DNA from: Bacteroidota bacterium
GTDB lineage: Bacteria; Bacteroidota; Bacteroidia; Bacteroidales; JABHKC01
Assembly (NCBI GenBank): GCA_018692315.1
Contig: JABHKC010000023.1
Location: 5,959-69,958 of the forward strand
Direction: 5' to 3'
DNA: 64,000 bases
In this document: piece by piece, positions 57,168-64,000 of the stretch
Layout: each line of letters opens with the position of its first letter
Position numbering within the stretch: position 1 is the stretch's first letter
Made by a program: the position numbers and the translations under genes
The notes under the pieces: generated by a model
Told to the model about the DNA's origin: nothing
Seen by the model: only the letters and a program-made list of their open reading frames with translations
Databases searched by the model: none

Positions 57168-59264
57168 TTAGAAAGGGTTTGAAATTATTAGTTTTTTTGA
57201 AAATAGTTTTTGTTTGTTGGTAATGTGTAAAATATAAACTCCATTTGATACAAACGACACATTTATTGTTTTCAATAACTCATTTTTTGAACCAAGCAAC
57301 TCTTCCTGATATACTATTTCCCCATACAAATTAAAAATTGAAATTTGAGTTTGACCTTCAAAACCTGAAAAGTTTATATTGAATATTCCATTATTAATAT
57401 TTGGAAATATTTGGAAATCGAAATTCTGATTTGAATTTGAAATTCCAAGGCAAAGTTCAAAAGTGATAGTTATTTCATCAGAATTTTCACAGCCGTTTGA
57501 ATCTACAACAGTTACAAAAAAGGTTTCTGTTCCTAGACCAAAAACATTCGAATCGATAGTTAAATATTGATCGAATGAAATTTCTAGGCCTGTTGAATTT
57601 GACCAAACATAAGAAGCTCCTGCATTTTCAGCATTAAGTATAACACTTTCTGTCAAACAAAGAATTGTATCGCTACCTAAATTAATTTGCGGAACAGCAG
57701 AAATTTCAACTATCAAAGGATCGGAAATGTTTCCTTCGCCAACTGAATTGATACCTTTTACGTAAATTTCAGCAGTTCCTGTGAAAAGGTTATCCCAATC
57801 GATTGTTGCTTCAGGTCCAAATCCGAAAATTGTTCCGGCAGTTGAAGGAATTAGTTCCCAAATATAGTCGGTAGCGTTAAAAGAACCGGCAGTTTCATAA
57901 ATAAAGTTATCTGGATTTTGGCAAAAATGAGTTGCACCTGATGGTGTTGCAGCTTGTGTTGGCAAAGGATCTACAGTGAGAGCTTTTATACAAAAATTGG
58001 CTGTTTCGTCAATTTCAAATAAATCTTTCCACTGACTAGCTGAACGATAGTAACTTTCGTTAGCTTCAGCCCTGGATTCAACAATAACTCTTTGCGATGA
58101 GCCCAACAAAACCGGAACATCTGATGTTTGATCGTAAGGATGTCCTCCATTGGAAAATTTCACATAAACATAAAATTCTTGTCCGGGATTTAATATAACA
58201 ACTGAACTTATATCAATTGTATGAAATCCTGTATGCTCAATGAGGCCGCTATCTAACGACAAAGTATCGCTAAGTTCGGTTTGAAAATTTCCATAAACTA
58301 TTGCAACATAATCTACGTTATCTTGTGCAGTGAAAAAGCTTATTGACTTAATAGCCTCCTGAGAATCTGCTGTAAAAGCATTAAAAGCCTCGCTTACAGT
58401 AGTTTTTGTTGCCCGCCATCCATGATAATCGTGGTAATATATTTTTTTATAATTATACAATTCAACTTCCTGAAAAGAAATTGCTCCCATTTCGGGATGA
58501 TGCACTGCATGTTTATCGTAGTAGGAAATCCAAAAATATCCATCGTTTCCCCAGGCTTCTCCCCAACTATTTTTGCACAACCATGCTCCCGGATTTGGTG
58601 CTTGAGTAACAAGTGTATCGTTCCAACCAATTATTGCTATTGCATGGTTGGGTTCTAATTGGGATGAACTTGGTTGATAATGAATAAAATCGTTATTGAT
58701 GAAACCTCCATTGTAGCACATACAAGTGCCCATAACTCCTTCGGTCATAATTTTTGTTTTTATCAAAACAATATTATTCAAGTTTGAATCCATCGAAAAC
58801 CATTCAATTTCTCGTGGATAATATATATGAAAAGTAGAGTCAAATCGTTCAGGTGGATTATTGTACGACTGTCCATCAATTTCGCGTACTGCACCTTCTC
58901 CACGCGACAAATATGCAGAAGTTACACGATAATCTCCACCGAAATGAACTGTCAGCCCGCCAGTTGAAGGATAAATGTCATCGTTTTGGAAATCGTTGAA
59001 ACCATTCCACCAGTCTAAATGATATTCGGCAAGATTTGGCTCGCCAGTATCTCCTACTGCCTCCCAAACGCCCGATATCATCAGATTTCCTTCAATTGCA
59101 GCCATAGCACCATGTGTCCAACATGTTCCCCCTTCCTGACTTTTTACCGATGTAACAAAATTTGTAGTATTGAAATTTCTTAAATCGAAAACATCAGGAA
59201 TAACTTGTGCCTGAATTAATCCGAAAACAAGAAAAGTAAGCAAAGACAATATATATTTTTTCAT
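57168..59264 (-). CDS. papain-family (C1) cysteine peptidase with a T9SS C-terminal sorting domain
   Basis: Catalytic-type blocks GGTCWTHGAMAAIEGN, NHAIAIIGW and KNSWGEAWGNDGYFWISY. C-terminal tail IFPNINNGIFNINF...GVYILHITN..KKLII. Confidence 0.75.
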   Translation of the reverse strand: MKKYILSLLTFLVFGLIQAQVIPDVFDLRNFNTTNFVTSVKSQEGGTCWTHGAMAAIEGNLMISGVWEAVGDTGEPNLAEYHLDWWNGFNDFQNDDIYPSTGGLTVHFGGDYRVTSAYLSRGEGAVREIDGQSYNNPPERFDSTFHIYYPREIEWFSMDSNLNNIVLIKTKIMTEGVMGTCMCYNGGFINNDFIHYQPSSSQLEPNHAIAIIGWNDTLVTQAPNPGAWLCKNSWGEAWGNDGYFWISYYDKHAVHHPEMGAISFQEVELYNYKKIYYHDYHGWRATKTTVSEAFNAFTADSQEAIKSISFFTAQDNVDYVAIVYGNFQTELSDTLSLDSGLIEHTGFHTIDISSVVILNPGQEFYVYVKFSNGGHPYDQTSDVPVLLGSSQRVIVESRAEANESYYRSASQWKDLFEIDETANFCIKALTVDPLPTQAATPSGATHFCQNPDNFIYETAGSFNATDYIWELIPSTAGTIFGFGPEATIDWDNLFTGTAEIYVKGINSVGEGNISDPLIVEISAVPQINLGSDTILCLTESVILNAENAGASYVWSNSTGLEISFDQYLTIDSNVFGLGTETFFVTVVDSNGCENSDEITITFELCLGISNSNQNFDFQIFPNINNGIFNINFSGFEGQTQISIFNLYGEIVYQEELLGSKNELLKTINVSFVSNGVYILHITNKQKLFSKKLIISNPF

Positions 59265-59479
59265 AGCATATATCTAAAAGACAAGAACATTCCTACATTT
59301 TATATTATGACAAATTTATCAATTAATTTTTAGTTCGTCTAAAATTCAAAAAATATTATTACATAAAATTCAATATTCATTTGCATATATTGTTATATAT
59401 TAGATATATACGGTAGTTTATATAATTTTTTTATTTTTTTTCGATAAGAATACAATAATAAACTAACAAAATAGTTTTG

Positions 59480-59497
59480 TAACTAAACATTTAGTTA
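59480..59497. promoter_or_regulatory. 18-bp palindrome taactaaa-ca-tttagtta, candidate BlaI-family operator
   Basis: Perfect 8-bp arms immediately upstream of, and abutting, the -7 box at 59498-59505. Confidence 0.4.
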
Positions 59498-59505
59498 TAC
59501 TTTTG
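59498..59505 (+). promoter_or_regulatory. candidate -7 promoter box TACTTTTG for the blaI-like gene
   Basis: TAnnTTTG 30 nt upstream of the ATG at 59536. Confidence 0.45.
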
Positions 59506-59535
59506 TGCAGAAATTAAAATTGATTTTTTGAAAAT

Positions 59536-59910
59536 ATGAAGGAACTTACAAAAGCAGAGGAACAAGTGATGCAAATTCTTTGGGAAATAGAAAAAGGTTT
59601 TGTGAAAGACATAATTGAAAAACTCCCAAAACCAAAACCAGCTTATAATACAATTTCAACAATAGTCAGGATTTTAGAAAGAAAAGGCGTTGTTGGCTAT
59701 AAGGCTTATGGAAAAACTCACGAATATTTTCCATTGATCAGCAAAAAAGAATATTCAAAAGAGTATCTCGGTTCGTTTGTTAAGAGCTATTTTAGCAATT
59801 CGTATAAACAAATGGTTTCATTTTTTGCCAACGAATCAAAGCTAAATATCAACGAATTAGAGGAAATTCAAAAAATTATAAATAATCATATTCAAAAACA
59901 AAAATCATAA
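59536..59910 (+). CDS. BlaI/MecI/CopY-family transcriptional repressor
   Basis: 124 aa. LTKAEEQVMQILWE..YNTISTIVRILERKG is a winged-helix pattern. Confidence 0.85.
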   Translation: MKELTKAEEQVMQILWEIEKGFVKDIIEKLPKPKPAYNTISTIVRILERKGVVGYKAYGKTHEYFPLISKKEYSKEYLGSFVKSYFSNSYKQMVSFFANESKLNINELEEIQKIINNHIQKQKS

Positions 59911-59914
59911 AATT

Positions 59915-61171
59915 ATGGATTCAATATTTCAATATATTTTTCAGTCGTTCCTTAGTTTTGCGTGTTTATATTTGATTTATTTCATTCTTTTGAAAAATGA
60001 GACATTTTTTCGACTCAACAGATATTATTTGTTAATATCTGCAGTTATCTCATTATTAATTCCTTTTGCGAAATTTGAATTTGCACAGACAGTTTCTCAA
60101 AACTCTATCTCGTATTTGCTTGATACTGTTGAATTTGCAGATAATAAAATTGAGAACTTGTTGCCGGTTCATTTCCAATTGTCGAATATTTTACTTTATA
60201 TATATTTAATTGGAGTAACTTTTTATACAACGAAATTTCTATATCAATTTTACAGAATTTATAAGATGATCAGCAAATTTCAAGTAGTAAAATCGAATGG
60301 ACTTAAATTAGTTTTTACAAATTCTGAATATCTGAATTTCTCATTTTTCAATATAATTTTCTTGAACAATTCTGACACAAAAAGCGAAGATGCTCAGAAA
60401 ATTTTATCACACGAATTGGTTCATGTCAATCAAAAACATACTATTGATGCAATTTTCATTGAAGTATTGTCAATAATAATATGGTTTAATCCGATAATTT
60501 ATTTATACAAAAATTCAATAAAAGAGGTTCATGAATATCTTGCCGACGATAATGTAATAAAAAACAGTAATATGTACAGCTATCAGGAACTTTTACTTTC
60601 GAAAGTTGTTGGTACACAATTCAATTTATTAACTAATTTTTTTAACAAATCACTAATCAAAAGGAGAATTATTATGATGACTAAACCAAGAAGTTCGAGT
60701 TTGGCAAAATTTAAAGTATTTTTTGCCATTCCAATGATTTTTATGCTAATGCTTGCTTTTTCGACTGCACCAAAGAAAGCTTATTCTCAGGAAAAGCAAG
60801 AGAAAATTGTCTTAAAAAGTGAGTCTAAACAATCTAAAGGAAATGAAGTTTATACGAAAGTAGATGTAATGCCGGAATTTTCAGGCGGAGCCAAAGCATT
60901 ACGAAAATTTATTGCTACAAATGTAGTCTATCCCGAAATTGCAAGAAAAAAAGGAATTGTAGGGAAAGTTTACGTAAAATTTGTTGTGGATAAAAATGGT
61001 AATATTACGAAAGTGAAAATATCCAGAGGGGTAAATGAGATTATAGACAGAGAGGCATTGAGAGTTATAAATTCTATGCCAAAATGGAAACCCGGAAAAC
61101 AAAATGGAAAAGCTGTAGATGTTGAGTTTACAATTCCTATAGATTTTAAACTTTCTGATAAAGAAAAATAG
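59915..61171 (+). CDS. BlaR1-type M56 peptidase fused to a TonB C-terminal domain
   Basis: HELVHVNQKH (HExxH) in a multi-TM N-terminal half. C-terminal VDVMPEFSGG..GIVGKVYVKFVVDKNGN..PGKQNGKAVDVEFTIPIDF is TonB_C-like. Confidence 0.8.
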   Translation: MDSIFQYIFQSFLSFACLYLIYFILLKNETFFRLNRYYLLISAVISLLIPFAKFEFAQTVSQNSISYLLDTVEFADNKIENLLPVHFQLSNILLYIYLIGVTFYTTKFLYQFYRIYKMISKFQVVKSNGLKLVFTNSEYLNFSFFNIIFLNNSDTKSEDAQKILSHELVHVNQKHTIDAIFIEVLSIIIWFNPIIYLYKNSIKEVHEYLADDNVIKNSNMYSYQELLLSKVVGTQFNLLTNFFNKSLIKRRIIMMTKPRSSSLAKFKVFFAIPMIFMLMLAFSTAPKKAYSQEKQEKIVLKSESKQSKGNEVYTKVDVMPEFSGGAKALRKFIATNVVYPEIARKKGIVGKVYVKFVVDKNGNITKVKISRGVNEIIDREALRVINSMPKWKPGKQNGKAVDVEFTIPIDFKLSDKEK

Positions 61172-61199
61172 TTTTGCTTATTAAGTAAAAAAATAAAAA

Positions 61200-61230
61200 A
61201 TGGAAGCTTTGAATTGGGCTTCCATTTTTT
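61200..61230. terminator. bidirectional rho-independent terminator between convergent genes
   Basis: atggaagc (61200-61207) / gcttccat (61218-61225), 8-bp stem and 10-nt loop. A T-run lies downstream (61226-61230) and an A-run upstream. Confidence 0.6.
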
Positions 61231-61253
61231 GTTTGAGATATAGCTTCTTTTTT

Positions 61254-63602
61254 TTAGAATTTAGTTTTAGCTTGGGCTAAATATAATACTGAAAGAATTT
61301 TTCTACCAGTGGTATTAAGAGTATAAGTTCCAGGGTTTAATACTGCAGGATCTACTCCTCCAACATCATTTAAATTATGTAATGCTTGAGTTACTTCTAT
61401 TTTAAATGTGCCTTCAGTCATTCCAGGTGGCCATCTTGCTCTTGCTTCTGTAATCTCATGTGTTTGAGGATTATAAATTGTTGAATTAACTCCTGGACTT
61501 GGATTTCCTAATTTTTTCTGCATCCATAAATGTGGTGTTGTTGGTTCTGTGCTGCTTTCTTCAAATGGCATAGTTAAATAACAGTGTGGTATGCTTGTTA
61601 AATCTGCTTTTAATTCATCAAACCATAATTGTTGAGTTGCAGTTATTGAATCTCCTAATGCTACATCCCACCAAGCTGTTGCATTTGCATCTGCTGTACT
61701 GAACTTTCTTGTACCTGTATTTCCCATTGAAGTGTATGATGCATAACTCATCATGTTTGTCAACGGAAAATCATTCATTAAATTATAAACAAATATTGTA
61801 TCATTGGTTTGAATTATAACTGGTGAACTTTGGTCATCAACTGCTCTTTGTTCAAATGCTTCTAATTGTCCTGGTCTTTTTAGGAATGTGTAGAATGAAG
61901 CTACTCCATAAAAACTTTCAATATCTCCGCTGTGGCTTCCATATATTTCATATGTTGATCCTGGATCCATTGTAACTGTTATTGTTCCATTTGCACTTGT
62001 AAGTGTTGAATAGCTGGATAAACCGTTTTTCTTATGATGTAAAGTGCTTGTTCCGTTTATTAATGTTGTATCTTCACTTGCTGATTTGAATATGAATGTT
62101 ACTTGTGTGTTAGTCGGATTTTGTACATTCACACTCACATCTGCACTATCTGTTTCTATTGGGTTGCCATTATCTGATACTGAGTATTGGAAATTATCTG
62201 TTCCTGTAAATCCATTGTTTGGCAGGTATGTTGCTTCGCCTGTTGTAGGGTTTATGTTTGTGATTGCACCGTTGCTTGGTGCTTGTGTGATTGTTACTGA
62301 GTTTGGTACTAAATTGCCATCTGAATCATAGTCGTTTAATAATAAGTTTATTGTTACTGCTGTTTGATAAGGTGTTGTTGCTTGATCATTATTTGCTGTT
62401 GGTGGATTGTTTATTTGTGGTTCTACTGTTATGTATAGCATTGATGTGTCTGATAGGCTTGGGTTGCCATCGTCCCAGATTACGCATTCTAGGCTGTCTA
62501 CTCCGCTGAATCCGCTTGGTGTTGTATAGTCAACGTTTCCGTTTCCGTCTGGAATTGCTGTTCCAAATACTGGCGCTTGTGTTATTTCTGTTAAGTTTGG
62601 CACTATACTTCCGTCTATGTCTGTGTCGTTTGTTGTTATTGGGATGCTTGTTGTTGAGTTATATAGAACTGTTGCAAAATCATTATTTGCTATTGGTGCA
62701 TCATTCACATTTTGTATACTCATAAATACTATTGCAGTGTCTGAAAGTCCTAAACTATCTGTTACTCTGTATTCGAATTGGTCTGGTCCTGAGTAGTTTG
62801 CATTAGGTACATAGGTCATTTCGCCTGTTACAGGGTCAATGAATGTTACATCTCCATGGCTTGGTTGTTGTAATCCTGTTGTTTCAACGCTTCCCGGATC
62901 TATATTTCCTTCTGCATCGACATCGTTTCCTGTTACGTTTACAATTGCTGTTTCATCTTCATTCATTACTTGATAATCATCAATTGCACTTGGTGGAGTG
63001 TTTATCCAATAAAATAATGTATCAGCAAGTGTCATTTTAATATGGTATCCTTGCCCCTCCTGCATATTTACAATATTGTTCACGCCATATTGAGGCCAAA
63101 AAATCAACCCATTCCCACTTTTTACCATTATAACATTTACAAGTATTGGATTTAAGGCTAATTCAATAGATTTTTGATAATCGAGAAAATAGGCTATGAT
63201 ATTCCAGCCCTGGCTAATAAAAACAGATGTAGTTTGCGGATTTATACGAGACCCAAAAACTATTAGAGTATCTGCCTGCAATGTTTTAATCTGATAGCCT
63301 TCGCCAATCATATGATTACCTATCTGATTCACATTATATGTAGGCCAAAATACCAAGCCATCATCATTCTTCACAATTGAGATATTTTGAATTATTGATG
63401 CAAATATTGAATCCATAGAAGATTGGTCAGGATCAATAAAAGTGGAAACTATACTCCATCCAGTTGTGAATATTACTAGTTGTGAATCCGGAACAATCAT
63501 GGATTGATTTTTCAAACTTGATTCAAAATCCACTACAAGATGTGCAAAAGATAGAAAAGGAAAAAGAAAGGGGACAAGAAAAAGTATAATTTTGTGTCTC
63601 AT
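61254..63602 (-). CDS. large secreted protein with a duplicated N-terminal module and three cadherin/Ig-like Asp-rich repeats
   Basis: 782 aa with a signal peptide. Duplicated block ..GW.I(V/I)..F.D...GL(V/I)FWP.Y.VN.I....GQGY.IK. Repeats carry NDVDAEGNIDPGS / NDTDIDGSIVPNL / NDYDSDGNLVPNS. Confidence 0.6.
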   Translation of the reverse strand: MRHKIILFLVPFLFPFLSFAHLVVDFESSLKNQSMIVPDSQLVIFTTGWSIVSTFIDPDQSSMDSIFASIIQNISIVKNDDGLVFWPTYNVNQIGNHMIGEGYQIKTLQADTLIVFGSRINPQTTSVFISQGWNIIAYFLDYQKSIELALNPILVNVIMVKSGNGLIFWPQYGVNNIVNMQEGQGYHIKMTLADTLFYWINTPPSAIDDYQVMNEDETAIVNVTGNDVDAEGNIDPGSVETTGLQQPSHGDVTFIDPVTGEMTYVPNANYSGPDQFEYRVTDSLGLSDTAIVFMSIQNVNDAPIANNDFATVLYNSTTSIPITTNDTDIDGSIVPNLTEITQAPVFGTAIPDGNGNVDYTTPSGFSGVDSLECVIWDDGNPSLSDTSMLYITVEPQINNPPTANNDQATTPYQTAVTINLLLNDYDSDGNLVPNSVTITQAPSNGAITNINPTTGEATYLPNNGFTGTDNFQYSVSDNGNPIETDSADVSVNVQNPTNTQVTFIFKSASEDTTLINGTSTLHHKKNGLSSYSTLTSANGTITVTMDPGSTYEIYGSHSGDIESFYGVASFYTFLKRPGQLEAFEQRAVDDQSSPVIIQTNDTIFVYNLMNDFPLTNMMSYASYTSMGNTGTRKFSTADANATAWWDVALGDSITATQQLWFDELKADLTSIPHCYLTMPFEESSTEPTTPHLWMQKKLGNPSPGVNSTIYNPQTHEITEARARWPPGMTEGTFKIEVTQALHNLNDVGGVDPAVLNPGTYTLNTTGRKILSVLYLAQAKTKF

Positions 63603-63674
63603 AATCAGTATTCATTTCAAAATTAAACAAATTATGACAAAAATATAAAATTTCCCCTTTAATCAAAATTAAAA

Positions 63675-64000
63675 TCACTTCAAAACAATTCTCTCTTTAA
63701 TATCGTTTGCAAGTTCTTTGCGAAGGGTAATTAGCTGAACTATTTTTTGTTGAATTACAATTATTTCCTCAACCTTATTTTTGTTTTGTGCCTCAATTCC
63801 TTGTTTCTGAACATCGTTTATCATTTCGTTCACTTTCTTAATTTTGTAGGTTAGGATAGTTTCAGGAATTTCGACATTGAGGTTCATCTCTTCGGTAGCA
63901 ATATATAGTCCCGAACGTTTTTGCCAGAAATCGCTCAGGCTATGTTGTGTACTTAAAATTTCAGCAACTAAAGAATTTATCTTTGCATCTTGATGATTGA
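63675..64000 (-). CDS. C-terminal part of a longer protein (possibly DNA primase DnaG); 5' end lies beyond the window
   Basis: The frame stays open upstream of the track's ATG (63887) to the window edge (..LSDFWQKRSGLYIATEEMNLNVEIPE..). The C-terminal helical pattern resembles Bacteroidota DnaG tails from memory only. Confidence 0.4.
   Translation of the reverse strand, partial: NHQDAKINSLVAEILSTQHSLSDFWQKRSGLYIATEEMNLNVEIPETILTYKIKKVNEMINDVQKQGIEAQNKNKVEEIIVIQQKIVQLITLRKELANDIKERIVLK

Noticed and set aside
62044-63040. Four plus-strand Leu-rich ORFs (65-95 aa) opposite the 782-aa surface protein gene.
   Set aside because: They are the antisense reading of an Asp/Asn/Thr-rich repeat gene, which gives runs of Leu/Val codons. 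They have no starts with promoter context.
1-64000. Searched for CRISPR arrays, rRNA, tmRNA/RNase P/SRP RNA, integrases, restriction-modification genes, toxin-antitoxin pairs, retron/DGR reverse transcriptases and prophage genes.
   Set aside because: I recognised no regularly spaced repeats, no reverse transcriptase or recombinase ORF and no conserved RNA signatures. The only RNA gene found is tRNA-Arg(CCT). This was manual inspection only, so small structured RNAs could have been missed.

Overview
AT-rich (about 30-35% GC by eye) chromosomal segment, most likely from a Bacteroidota bacterium. This rests on T9SS C-terminal sorting domains, TAnnTTTG -7 promoter boxes 15-70 nt upstream of starts, no Shine-Dalgarno sites, a BlaR1-TonB fusion and many TPR sensor kinases. 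I call about 55 protein genes. Most are housekeeping: priA, panD, panC, rlmN, PBP1A, rlmF, asnS, lpxK, purine nucleoside phosphorylase, two DEAD-box helicases, cutC, a sirtuin, a deoxynucleoside kinase. There is one tRNA-Arg(CCT) and two degraded IS elements: a 5'-degraded IS1634-like transposase and a 555-bp MITE-like IS4 remnant with intact 14-bp terminal inverted repeats. I saw no rRNA, CRISPR array or intact mobile element. Two regions stand out. (1) 45.6-51.7 kb, minus strand: a tight co-directional array led by a Tet(M/Q)-type ribosomal-protection GTPase homologue. It is followed by an aldo/keto reductase, an SDR, a small radical-SAM enzyme with a Cys-rich tail, a HemN-like (class-C type) radical-SAM enzyme and a TPR sensor kinase, with a 7-codon uORF in the leader. 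I know of no described system with this composition; it could be a cryptic small-molecule pathway with self-resistance, or a ribosome or translation-factor modification module. (2) 20.2-24.0 kb, next to the IS1634 remnant: small genes (ferredoxin, a 32-aa Lys-rich ORF, rlmF, DUF4386) are separated by two unrelated repeat families. One is a ~155-nt module present twice. The other is a ~45-60-nt element present four times in direct orientation, and it carries the conserved tail and stop codon of a small minus-strand ORF. Coordinates of small features were derived by hand and may be off by a base or two. All homology calls come from motif recognition, not database searches.
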